Of a DNA stretch of 64,000 nt, positions 31,672 through 40,899 are shown piece after piece. The position numbers were made by a program, and so were the translations under genes. The notes beneath the pieces were generated by a model. The model was not told the DNA's origin. It did no database searches and saw only the letters and a program-made list of their open reading frames with translations. The DNA is from Thermodesulfobacteriota bacterium (GTDB lineage: Bacteria; Desulfobacterota_D; UBA1144; Nemesobacterales; Nemesobacteraceae). Position 1 is the first letter of the stretch. Each line of letters starts with the position of its first letter. The DNA lies in NCBI GenBank assembly GCA_965116075.1, contig OZ220467.1, positions 1,857,067 through 1,921,066 of the forward strand, read 5' to 3'.

Positions 31672-32862
31672 CTACATCTTTTCGACAATCATTGCTATCC
31701 CCATGCCACCCCCCATGCATAGAGACACCATTCCATATCTTCCGTAAGAAATGTTTTCAAACTCATGAAGTAACTTTACAAGTAATATGGCTCCTGTAGC
31801 CCCGACTGGATGCCCAAGCGCTATGGCTCCACCATTTACATTCAACTTTTCCTCTGGAATTGGAAAATCGCTCAGCACGGCAAGTGATTGCGCGGCAAAT
31901 GCTTCGTTGAGTTCCACAAGATCAATATCATCTATGCTAAGTTCCGCCTGTAAAAGAGCCGTTCGCATGGCGTATACAGGCCCTATTCCCATTATTGCAG
32001 GGTCTACTCCACATATCGCGTAGGACTTGATTAACGCTACGGGCAAAAGACCTAACTCTTCGGCCCTACTTTGCGATGACACTATAACCGCAGCAGCTCC
32101 ATCATTTATTCCCGAGGAATTTGCCGCAGTGACGGTTCCATCCTTTTTAAAAACTGGTTTAAGTTGCGATATACGCTCAAACGTTGAATCGGGTCTCGGG
32201 TGTTCATCTGTATTAAATTCCGCGAATTTCCCCTTACCCAGAGGAACTTTCAAAGAAACTATCTGAGAGTCGAACTTCCCCGTTTCGGTAGCCGCATAAG
32301 TTTTTTCTTGGCTCCGGCAAGCAAATCTGTCTTGGCTTTCTCTCGATATTTTGTATTTCTCAGCTAGGTTTTCCGCCGTCACGCCCATGTGATAGTCATT
32401 AAACGCATCCCATAGACCATCCGCCATCATTGAATCTACAAGTTCTCCTGAAGGCGATGCCATCTTGTACCCCCATCTGGCCTTTCTGAGATAAAAAGGA
32501 GAAGCGCTCATATTCTCCATTCCCCCAGCTACTACACATTGGCAGTCGCCAGCTTTTATCGCTTGGGCTGCGCTTACCACTGACTGCAAACCCGAACCGC
32601 ACACTCTGTTGATTGTGATCGCAGGCGTTACGAATCCGAGCCCAGCATTAACTGAAACCTGCCTTGAGGGGTTTTGTCCCAATCCCGCAGAGAGTATGTT
32701 ACCCATTATGCAGTCGTCTACGCGTCCCGGAGGGATCTCCGCTCTCTTGAGTACCTCTTTCACCACAGCGACGCCAAGATCAACCGCCGAGATATCCTTT
32801 AACGTTCCCCCAAAAGAACCTATAGCAGTTCTCAGAGGATGTGAAAGCACTACTTTTTCCAC
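31672..32862 (-). CDS. acetyl-CoA C-acetyltransferase (thiolase)
   Basis: Thiolase N-terminus RTAIGSFGG, active-site Cys region VNRVCGSGL, C-terminal GGGMG. Confidence 0.9.
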   Translation of the reverse strand: MEKVVLSHPLRTAIGSFGGTLKDISAVDLGVAVVKEVLKRAEIPPGRVDDCIMGNILSAGLGQNPSRQVSVNAGLGFVTPAITINRVCGSGLQSVVSAAQAIKAGDCQCVVAGGMENMSASPFYLRKARWGYKMASPSGELVDSMMADGLWDAFNDYHMGVTAENLAEKYKISRESQDRFACRSQEKTYAATETGKFDSQIVSLKVPLGKGKFAEFNTDEHPRPDSTFERISQLKPVFKKDGTVTAANSSGINDGAAAVIVSSQSRAEELGLLPVALIKSYAICGVDPAIMGIGPVYAMRTALLQAELSIDDIDLVELNEAFAAQSLAVLSDFPIPEEKLNVNGGAIALGHPVGATGAILLVKLLHEFENISYGRYGMVSLCMGGGMGIAMIVEKM

Positions 32863-32869
32863 GATTTAT

Positions 32870-33655
32870 CTATTCTCCTCGGAACTCTGCGGGTCTTTTT
32901 TCTGTAAAAGCGCTCATTCCCTCCGCTCTGTCGTAGGAATCAAAGCACTCAACCCCTTTTTCAAATTCGTAATCAAGACCGGCTGAAAGTTCCATATCCA
33001 ATCCCACGTTTATTACATCCTTCGCGTAACTAACCGCAAGCGGACTATTTGCCGCTATTTGGGATGCGACCATAGTAACCTCGTCCATAAGTTTATCCTG
33101 ATTATCTACCACCTGATCTACAAGCCCAATGGAAAAAGCTTCTGTAGCGGTAATCATCTCTCCGGTAAAAATAAGTTTTTTGATCCTTCCAGGCCCAATA
33201 AGTCTTGCGCCTCGCTGCGTTCCTCCCCAGCAAGGATAGAGTCCGAGTTTGGTTTCAGGAAATCCCATTCGAGCTTCCGACGCCACTATTCTAATGTCAC
33301 ACGCAAGCGCGAGTTCAAGCCCTCCCCCAAGCGCATATCCATTTACGGCAGCGATAACAGCAAAAGGCGCCTGTTGCAGATAATCAAAAATCTTGCGACC
33401 TGCAATGGTGTATTGCCTAAATTTTTCTCTATCCATTTTGCGCATCTCCCGTATATCCGCTCCCGCGACAAAAGCCTTTTTTCCTGCTCCAGTAATAATC
33501 AACGCTCTGATGTTCTCGCTAGGAATGTGTTTGGTCATAATTTCCACAAATTCAAGCAACGTATCGCTACTGAGAATATTCATTGATCGAGACTTATTTA
33601 TCGTAAGGATACCAACCCTATTATCAGTTTTTTCAAACAGAAAATCATCGTACAT
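32870..33655 (-). CDS. enoyl-CoA hydratase (crotonase)
   Basis: AFVAGADI oxyanion-hole motif; 261 aa; lies within the thiolase/hbd/acd operon. Confidence 0.8.
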   Translation of the reverse strand: MYDDFLFEKTDNRVGILTINKSRSMNILSSDTLLEFVEIMTKHIPSENIRALIITGAGKKAFVAGADIREMRKMDREKFRQYTIAGRKIFDYLQQAPFAVIAAVNGYALGGGLELALACDIRIVASEARMGFPETKLGLYPCWGGTQRGARLIGPGRIKKLIFTGEMITATEAFSIGLVDQVVDNQDKLMDEVTMVASQIAANSPLAVSYAKDVINVGLDMELSAGLDYEFEKGVECFDSYDRAEGMSAFTEKRPAEFRGE

Positions 33656-33667
33656 AAAACACCTCCG

Positions 33668-34534
33668 CTACCTTTTAAGGTACTCAAAAAAACCATTGCC
33701 AGTTTTGCGACCGAGATGCCCAGCTCTAACCGTTTCCCTGAGAAGCGGGGCGGGCCTGTATTTTGGATCTCCCAACTCCTCGTAAAGCGCCTCAATTACA
33801 TTTAAAGTCACGTCAAGTCCGATAAGGTCCGCAAGCGCAAGTGGCCCCATAGGGTGGTTGGCTCCGAGTTTCATCGCACTGTCAATCTCAGCGGCAGACG
33901 CGACTCCTTCATCTAGAACATAAATCGCCTCATTTATCATTGGAAGTAAAATCCTGTTCACTATAAAACCCGCTCTATCCTTTACCACTACGGGCTGTTT
34001 ACCTAGACTGCTAGCAAACTCTTTAGCCACAGCAATAACCTCAGGCGAAACAGTCGGGGTTTTTATTATTTCAACCAGTTTCATTACCTGGGCTGGGTTA
34101 AAAAAATGTATCCCTAGAACTTTCTGCGGTCTCTGGGTGCTCATGGCAATTTCAGTAACAGAAAGAGTAGAGGTGTTAGTGGCTATAATCACATTTTTTT
34201 CGGTGCTCCGCTCAATTCTTGAAAAAACATCTTTTTTCAGATCCATATTCTCATTTGTAGCCTCAATAACTAAATCCACCTGTCCAAAATCCTCATAGTC
34301 CTCGGTAGGAATTATTCTATTGGTCACGGCAACCGCAGATTCTTCGCTAATTTCCCCCTTGCGTACAAGCCTCGCAACGTTTTTCCCCGCCTTATCCACT
34401 GCCGACTGAGCAATTTCTTTGCTGATATCCAAGACAAAAACTTTTTTCCCGAAGGAAGCAAGAAGTTGCGCTATACCAGCGCCCATAGTACCCGCACCTA
34501 CGACACCCACGGTTGTTATAGTTGATTCGGACAT
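33668..34534 (-). CDS. 3-hydroxybutyryl-CoA / 3-hydroxyacyl-CoA dehydrogenase
   Basis: VGVVGAGTMGAGIAQ Rossmann motif; 288 aa. Confidence 0.85.
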   Translation of the reverse strand: MSESTITTVGVVGAGTMGAGIAQLLASFGKKVFVLDISKEIAQSAVDKAGKNVARLVRKGEISEESAVAVTNRIIPTEDYEDFGQVDLVIEATNENMDLKKDVFSRIERSTEKNVIIATNTSTLSVTEIAMSTQRPQKVLGIHFFNPAQVMKLVEIIKTPTVSPEVIAVAKEFASSLGKQPVVVKDRAGFIVNRILLPMINEAIYVLDEGVASAAEIDSAMKLGANHPMGPLALADLIGLDVTLNVIEALYEELGDPKYRPAPLLRETVRAGHLGRKTGNGFFEYLKR

Positions 34535-34577
34535 CTATATTTTTCTCGAATGGTAAAAATTTTCTGTTTTCAAAACA

Positions 34578-35771
34578 CTACTCAATTTCTGAAAGAATTT
34601 GCCTTGCTATAATAATTCTCTGTATTTCAGAAGTGCCTTCATATATCTCTGTTATTTTTGCATCTCTAAAATGTCGCTCTACCGGGTAGTCGGTCGTGTA
34701 GCCGTTTCCTCCGTGCAACTGAATCCCTTTGGTGGCTACCCACATTGCGGTCTCAGAGGCGTGAAGTTTCGCCATGGCGGAGTACTTCGTGTATTTCTCA
34801 CCCCGCTGTTTCATCAAAGCAGCTTTGTAGGTAAGAAGTCTTGATGTCTCAATTCTAGTTGCCATATCGGCAAGCATGAACTGTATAGCTTGGAAATTGG
34901 ATATTTTTTGGCCGAAGGACTCTCTCTGCAGTGAATACCGCAATGATGCGTCAAGAACCGCTTGCGCTATGCCCAAAGCTTGCGCCGCGATTCCTATCCT
35001 ACCCCCATCAAGAGTTCTCATAGCTATACCAAACCCTTCTCCCTCGCTACCTAAAACACAGTCCTGTGGAACCTCACAGTTTTCAAAGATGATCTGAGTG
35101 GTGCTACTTCCCTTTATTCCCAGTTTATTTTCCAGTTTTCCAACTGAAATCCTCGCAGAGTCAAGATCAACTATAAAAGCCGTTATTCCACGACTTCCCG
35201 CAACACTGTCCGTTTTTGCGAAAACCACAGCGAACTTCGCCTCACTTCCATTTGTAACCCAACTTTTTACTCCATTGAGAACATAGAAACTGTCTTTCTT
35301 TACCGCGCTTGTCCTTATGCTCGCAGCATCTGACCCTGATTCCGGTTCACTCAGGGAAAAGCAACCTAGGGAATCAGTACACAAGAGAGCAAGATACTTT
35401 TGCTTCTGTTTTTCTGTGCCAAAATCAAGTATGGAGCCGCAGGCAAGAGAATTATGAGTCGTCATTATGGTTCCCGTAGAGGCGCAAGCTTTTGATATCT
35501 CTTCAACCGCTATTGCGTATGAAAGGTAATCAACGCCGCTTCCACCGTAACGCTCATCGACGAAATGCCCCATAAAACCTAGACTGAAAAGACTTTCTAC
35601 GATTTCTTTTGGAAACGTAGAGTTTTTGTCCGTGTATGTAGCCTGTGGTTTTATCTGTTCTTGGGCAAACTGCGAAACAGTCTCCCTCATCAAACGCTGT
35701 TCTTGGCTAAGGTTTGAGTCTAGCATTGGTGGCTCTATTAGAAATTTAATGCAACTAAAACCAAAAGGCAA
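34578..35771 (-). CDS. acyl-CoA dehydrogenase (butyryl-CoA dehydrogenase-like); start probably the internal Met [10 protein letters not shown]
   Basis: ACAD family motifs; C-terminal YEGTSEIQR. Confidence 0.85.
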   Translation of the reverse strand: MPFGFSCIKFLIEPPMLDSNLSQEQRLMRETVSQFAQEQIKPQATYTDKNSTFPKEIVESLFSLGFMGHFVDERYGGSGVDYLSYAIAVEEISKACASTGTIMTTHNSLACGSILDFGTEKQKQKYLALLCTDSLGCFSLSEPESGSDAASIRTSAVKKDSFYVLNGVKSWVTNGSEAKFAVVFAKTDSVAGSRGITAFIVDLDSARISVGKLENKLGIKGSSTTQIIFENCEVPQDCVLGSEGEGFGIAMRTLDGGRIGIAAQALGIAQAVLDASLRYSLQRESFGQKISNFQAIQFMLADMATRIETSRLLTYKAALMKQRGEKYTKYSAMAKLHASETAMWVATKGIQLHGGNGYTTDYPVERHFRDAKITEIYEGTSEIQRIIIARQILSEIE

Positions 35772-35819
35772 AAGCCATTGCCTAGCCAGCGTCTTTGCGG
35801 TTTTACTGTCAGAAGAGTT

Positions 35820-36479
35820 CTAGGGAAGTAGTTTTGAGATTCTTTTTATTTTTTCCTGCTCCGTCTCCTCTTCCCTTTTGTTCTTGGGGACAGCGTTTCC
35901 TCTTATCACAGCAGGCCTTTTCCCCACGGTCGTTTGCCATCTCTTGAGATTTGGAAAATCACTAATATCTATCCCTGACCACTTGTAGGAGTCTATCCAA
36001 GGCCATGTTGATATATCGGCAATAGAGTAATCTCCCGCTAAGTATTCAACTTTTGAGAGTCTCTTATCAAGTACCGAATAGATTCTCTTTGTCTCCTCAG
36101 TGTACCTCCTTATCGCATAAGGAATCTTTTCTGGAGCGTACTTTAAAAAGACATTTAATTGTCCTTGCATGGGGCCCACCGCAGACACCTGAAATATAAG
36201 CCACTGAAAGCATAAGGTTCTAAGTTTGGGTTCTGAGGGAAGGAATTTCCCTGATTTCTCGGCTAAATATATGAGTATCGCTCCTGATTCAAAAACGGTA
36301 ATTTCATTGTCAGTTATGGCAGGAATTTTCCCGTTAGGGTTTATCTCTAAAAACCAAGGCTTTTTATGTTCCCGCGCAGAAAGATCAACATCAAAAACCT
36401 TGTAGGAAATGCCAATCTCCTCAAGCATTATGGAAATTTTCTTTCCATTCGGCGTATCCGCAGTGTAGAGGTCAATCAT
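35820..36479 (-). CDS. glutathione S-transferase family protein
   Basis: Thioredoxin-like N-domain (IDLYTADTPNGKKISIMLEE) plus GST C-domain. Confidence 0.8.
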   Translation of the reverse strand: MIDLYTADTPNGKKISIMLEEIGISYKVFDVDLSAREHKKPWFLEINPNGKIPAITDNEITVFESGAILIYLAEKSGKFLPSEPKLRTLCFQWLIFQVSAVGPMQGQLNVFLKYAPEKIPYAIRRYTEETKRIYSVLDKRLSKVEYLAGDYSIADISTWPWIDSYKWSGIDISDFPNLKRWQTTVGKRPAVIRGNAVPKNKREEETEQEKIKRISKLLP

Positions 36480-36508
36480 TGTAAGGGTTGCTCCACAAAG
36501 TTTTGCAT

Positions 36509-37108
36509 CTACTCATATCCTCCGAGAAGCGAGACTCTGAGGCTATCCGCGTACGCAATCGCCTCAGGAAAAAACAAGTTGAAGTTCTCATTCATTTGAT
36601 CATAACAGTTCGCAAGCTCTTTTTCCGCTCCCGCAAGCGTATTCTCTCTTCCTACCCTCACCGATAACGCATTAAAAGCCTCTTCAAGGCCCGAAATGCT
36701 TCTGTATTTTTCTATCCAACCATCTTCAATTATTCTGCGCGCCATTTTTGGCACGTGTTCAGAAAAAGACTCTAAAGCAGGAAGAATAATACTGTTCATT
36801 CTCTCAAGGAACTGATCTAGACTTTCTTGGGAGTACCTGTTCCAGTTCACGGTGAGTAGATAATCATAGAGAATATCAACTATGACCATACTCCAGCGTT
36901 TGCGCGCGGGGCTTATAAGTCTTGCACAATTCCTTACCTTCTGGTGAGAATCAGTCCATGCGTCAATCTTGCGGTGCATCTCTATTCCACATCTTATTCT
37001 GAGTGGATATCTGTCGTCAATTCTGCCCTTTACAAAGTCCCCTAAGAAGTTTCCTACGACACATTGAGGATCATCTCCCGCAAGGCGCAGGTGGGCAAGA
37101 AAATTCAT
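36509..37108 (-). CDS. acpH: acyl carrier protein phosphodiesterase AcpH-like
   Basis: MNFLAHLRLA N-terminus matches the AcpH (DUF479) signature. Confidence 0.75.
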   Translation of the reverse strand: MNFLAHLRLAGDDPQCVVGNFLGDFVKGRIDDRYPLRIRCGIEMHRKIDAWTDSHQKVRNCARLISPARKRWSMVIVDILYDYLLTVNWNRYSQESLDQFLERMNSIILPALESFSEHVPKMARRIIEDGWIEKYRSISGLEEAFNALSVRVGRENTLAGAEKELANCYDQMNENFNLFFPEAIAYADSLRVSLLGGYE

Positions 37109-38958
37109 TGTCTAGGATTAATCGAACTGAGTTTTTCTAACAGGATGTTTATCCTCCCAACCATCGTTTCTGGGTTGTCCATGTATCCCGCCGCAAGAAG
37201 AGCATTATCAAAAAGCTGTTCAGTTATTGTCTTCGCAAGGTCTTCGTCTTCTTTCCAAAGAGTCATCAGATTTTTTACAAGCGCATGTTCACAATTTATC
37301 TCAAGACGCACTTTATAAGGAGTATCCGACTCGGGGTTTAGGTTTTTCATTATCCTTTTCATCCCCTGGGTCATTGACGAATCAGAGTTAAACGCTGCAA
37401 CAGGACTCTCCACAAGCCTTTTACCAATGCGAACATCCCCGACTTTTTCACCCAGTATCTGCTTTACCCAACCGCAAAGCGATTTCTCGTCTTCAGAAGA
37501 ACTTGAGGAGTCTTCAGAAGCAATTGCGATATCCACACTATCGGCAGAAACTATTTTCTTTCCCTCATACTCTCCGAGAGTCGACATCACAAACTCATCA
37601 ATCGGCTCATAAATAAAAAGCACTTCCACATTTTCTGTTCGGAAAAACTCCATATGAGGTCCTTTTTCAAGCGCCCCTCTAGAGTGCCCGAACAGATAAT
37701 ATATTTCTTCCTGTTCCTCACGCATTCGTGAAACATAATCGGATAAAGAAACAAGTTCTTGATTCTCCTCTGTAGAGGATTCAAAACGTAGAAGCGCTCT
37801 AAGTTGTTCCTTGTGTTCAAGATCAGAAGCCGCACCCTCTTTTATGAAGAACCCAAATCTTTTGTAAAATTCTGAATAGTTTTTTGGATCATCTTTTGCG
37901 TTCTGCTCAAGAAACCTGACAAACCTTGAGGCAATAGAAGAATTAAGTTTTTTTACAAGAGCGCTATCCTGCATAGTCTCTCTTGAAATATTGAGAGGAA
38001 TATCGGCACTGTCTACAACTCCTTTAAGAAACCTTGCCCAATCGGGAAGAAGTTTTTGGGGGGATGAGTCAACAAGAACCCTTCTTGAGTAAAGACTCAC
38101 ACTAGGCTCCATTCTTCCAAAACCCAGACGCTCTGTGTTGTCCTCAGGTACAAACATAAGAACATTCATATCCACAGGAGCCTCTGAAGAAAAATGAAGC
38201 CTGTATCTGGGTTCGTCAAAAGAGTTGGTATGGAATCTGTAGAACTCGCCATATTCTTGATCCGTGATTTCGTTTTTGTTTCTAAGCCACACCGCTTCTG
38301 TAGTGTTTATTTGTTCACCATTTAATCTAAGAGGAAAGGGAACAAAGGCTGAATATTTTTTCAAGACATCCTTTATAGTGTCTTGATCTGAATACTCTTT
38401 TGCGTCTTCTTTAAGCGAAACAATCACCTTAGTACCTCTTCTGTGACCTGAGCCTGTAGATATTTCAAACTCCCCACTTCCGCTACTGCGCCAGACAAGA
38501 TGTTCTGAATTTTCCTCGTATGAGCGCGTTATAACCTCAACCGAATCAGCTACCATAAAACAACTGTAAAATCCAACGCCAAACTGGCCGATCAATCCTT
38601 TGTCTTTCGCATCACTTTTGTCAAAAGCTTTAAGAAATTCCTTGGAACCGGAACGAGCTATAGTTCCCAAGTTTTCTACCAATTCCTCTCTGCTCATTCC
38701 GATTCCGTAATCTGTAAAAGTAACAGTGTTCTCTTCGCTTGATGTCGTTATCTCTATTTCAAGCGGTAGATCGGGGTCGCTTACTTCTTTTTCGGTAAGT
38801 TGTAGGTATCTGAGTTTTTCAAGCGCGTCTGAGGCGTTCGAAACAAGCTCTCTTACAAACACCTCCCTATCCGTGTAAAGGGAGTTGACCACAATATCCA
38901 TCAGCCTGCGCACTTCGGCTTGGAATTCGTGTCTTTGTGTTTTCTGCTTAGCCATCAT
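37105..38958 (-). CDS. htpG: molecular chaperone HtpG (Hsp90)
   Basis: HEFQAEVRRLMDIVVNSLYTDREVFVRELVSNASDALEKLRY N-terminal ATPase signature; 617 aa. Confidence 0.95.
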   Translation of the reverse strand: MMAKQKTQRHEFQAEVRRLMDIVVNSLYTDREVFVRELVSNASDALEKLRYLQLTEKEVSDPDLPLEIEITTSSEENTVTFTDYGIGMSREELVENLGTIARSGSKEFLKAFDKSDAKDKGLIGQFGVGFYSCFMVADSVEVITRSYEENSEHLVWRSSGSGEFEISTGSGHRRGTKVIVSLKEDAKEYSDQDTIKDVLKKYSAFVPFPLRLNGEQINTTEAVWLRNKNEITDQEYGEFYRFHTNSFDEPRYRLHFSSEAPVDMNVLMFVPEDNTERLGFGRMEPSVSLYSRRVLVDSSPQKLLPDWARFLKGVVDSADIPLNISRETMQDSALVKKLNSSIASRFVRFLEQNAKDDPKNYSEFYKRFGFFIKEGAASDLEHKEQLRALLRFESSTEENQELVSLSDYVSRMREEQEEIYYLFGHSRGALEKGPHMEFFRTENVEVLFIYEPIDEFVMSTLGEYEGKKIVSADSVDIAIASEDSSSSSEDEKSLCGWVKQILGEKVGDVRIGKRLVESPVAAFNSDSSMTQGMKRIMKNLNPESDTPYKVRLEINCEHALVKNLMTLWKEDEDLAKTITEQLFDNALLAAGYMDNPETMVGRINILLEKLSSINPRQ

Positions 38959-39097
38959 GAGTCTCCTTAATTTCTATCGGTATTTCTAGGCGGGAAGAAA
39001 TATGTCCACACGCATTGGTAAAAATAAGATTTTTTTTCGTGTTGACAAGTATACCTAGGAAAACATTAAGCTATGGGGCAACTAGTGGTAAATAACG

Positions 39098-39160
39098 CCT
39101 AGCGATTCTTGATTTTGGATTTCTTTAATGATGGTGGATTCTCCACGGGTTTACATCCCA
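39098..39160. repeat. short LE-B fragment of the IS/MITE repeat family
   Basis: gcctagcgattcttgat...gatggtggattctccacgggtttacatc aligns with 9040-9110. Confidence 0.35.
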
Positions 39161-39244
39161 ATATTTTGTCCTCTCCCAAACCCCCTTGTTTATATACACG
39201 ATATTGAATCTTACATACCTCTGTATATTTATTTTTGCTAGTGT

Positions 39245-39300
39245 TCCACACAAAAAAGCCCCACGATGACAAGCGTCACCGCAGGGCTTGAAATTGGTAT
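39245..39300 (-). terminator. probable rho-independent terminator for the minus-strand lipoprotein gene
   Basis: GC-rich imperfect hairpin (gccctgcggtgacgcttgtcatcgtggggc) followed by a T6 run on the minus strand. Confidence 0.4.
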
Positions 39301-39313
39301 AAATCTATTTTCT

Positions 39314-40474
39314 TTAGTTGTCTGTAAAAATGTAGGTTCTTGACGTTGCTGAGAAAGAAGCAGTAACAAACTTATATTTTGTTGGGTCGTTTGCAATACT
39401 AGTTGCTTTTGTGCTGTCTGGAGCACCATTAGCGTCGTGAAGCAGAAATGAATGGGTGTAAACACTAGGATCCCTCGCTACTATAATCTTGCCATTTTCA
39501 GCCCTTACTTCTCTCTCTCCACCGCCTTCTGTTGCTACGGGATAACCTATGGAATAGAGTTTGTCTTCTGTAAGGTTAAAGTCCTTGATAACATCCACCC
39601 CAGCATGGTAATGACGAGCAGTAAAGATGTCGGCACCTACTCTACCACGAAGAATATCATCTCCATCTCCACCGTTTATAATGTCAACACCATTACCGCC
39701 GACAAGGTGATCATCGCCAGCTTCGCCGTTTATAGTGTTACCACCATTTCCACCCCAAATATAGTTATCCCCGTTTGTTCCGGTCAGCATGTCATCGCCA
39801 TTACCACTATAAAAATCTTCAATATCTTCAAATATAACCTTGCCTAATTTCTCAAGAGGTTCAGAACCACCTTCAAAACTTCCAGAAGAAAGATCAAAAG
39901 TTATATTATTGTTGACTACGGAACCAGAATAAAAACCCGAAGAGGAGGCACGAGCCCCCTCTGCGGGTGCTTGCCTGAAATAAATTATGTCTTTATCCTC
40001 CCCACCGAACCACTTGTTCTCCCCTGACGCAGATAGAAGATAGAAATGATCTTGTCCATCTTCGCCGTAAAGCGTATCGTTATCATCTCCACCCATCAGC
40101 CTATCATTTCCCTTACCTGCATAAACAACATCATCACCAGCAAGCGTTCTTATATCATTGTCGCTATCATTTGCGCAGACGATATCGGCATCCTGTGTTC
40201 CTTCAATGCTTCTCATGCCAGGGAGTACATTTATCCCGTTACTCTTATCGCATCTCGGGTCGTTTTCAACGCCGTCGCCTTTGTCACCTTTATCGCCTTT
40301 CGCTCCGTCCTTTCCTGGATCACCTTTGTCCCCCTTTGGTCCCGCCGGTCCGCGTTCGCCTTGAGGCCCTTGCACTCCGTCTTTCCTCGCTGGCCCTCTC
40401 TCTCCCTCACAAGCTACAAAAAAAACTGCTCCAGTAAGCAGCAACAACATCACTAATAAACTACGTAACTTCAT
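39314..40474 (-). CDS. paralogous lipoprotein with collagen-like GXY repeats and RTX calcium-binding repeats
   Basis: N-terminus MKLRSLLVMLLLLTGAVFFVACEG, near-identical to the 19602 gene. GXY run (GERGPARKDGVQGPQGERGPAGPKGDKGDPGKDGAKGDKGDKGDG); GGxGxD repeats; shared C-terminal ...FTDN. Confidence 0.75.
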   Translation of the reverse strand: MKLRSLLVMLLLLTGAVFFVACEGERGPARKDGVQGPQGERGPAGPKGDKGDPGKDGAKGDKGDKGDGVENDPRCDKSNGINVLPGMRSIEGTQDADIVCANDSDNDIRTLAGDDVVYAGKGNDRLMGGDDNDTLYGEDGQDHFYLLSASGENKWFGGEDKDIIYFRQAPAEGARASSSGFYSGSVVNNNITFDLSSGSFEGGSEPLEKLGKVIFEDIEDFYSGNGDDMLTGTNGDNYIWGGNGGNTINGEAGDDHLVGGNGVDIINGGDGDDILRGRVGADIFTARHYHAGVDVIKDFNLTEDKLYSIGYPVATEGGGEREVRAENGKIIVARDPSVYTHSFLLHDANGAPDSTKATSIANDPTKYKFVTASFSATSRTYIFTDN

Positions 40475-40555
40475 ATTACAACCTCCCTTATAAGTTGTTC
40501 CATTTATCTGGCAAAACCTTGTTATAGAACCCTCATTCTTACAATTAGTCTTTTG

Positions 40556-40600
40556 ATTTTACCCCCCCCCCCAGGGCTTTCTAATTTTTTAGAGGCGTAA
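40556..40600 (-). promoter_or_regulatory. putative promoter with a G11 tract (minus strand: TTAGAA, then 6 nt plus G11, then TAAAAT)
   Basis: The minus-strand sequence downstream of the G tract is ~85% identical to the 19501-19601 5'UTR of the paralogous gene. Confidence 0.4.
40562..40572. repeat. homopolymeric C11 tract (G11 on the gene strand)
   Basis: Eleven consecutive C. Confidence 0.9.
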
Positions 40601-40899
40601 GTCGTTGATATTACCGAGTATATCCTTTCAAAGAGAGTTTTGCATCTTAGAGGTTGCCACTACGTCATGGAGAGAAATTAGAGACTCATTTGTCTTCCCT
40701 TTCTAGCTGACATGTAGAAGAATTAGGCTCGGTTTCAGTCCTTCGTAAGTTTTTTCTTATAACAAACACTTCTGAATTATAATCTGCGGAGTTGGATATG
40801 TAGGGAGAATATATCCAAGGTAGTACATTGTCATTTGGGGATTTGAGAAAACAGTGAAGTAATATTAGTACGTTATAATCCGGATATTCCAACAGAGAT

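Noticed and set aside
40046-40456. Plus-strand ORFs (e.g. 40171-40437, Arg/Pro/Leu-rich) opposite the collagen-like gene
   Set aside because: Low-complexity translation of the reverse strand of GXY-encoding repeats; no independent support.
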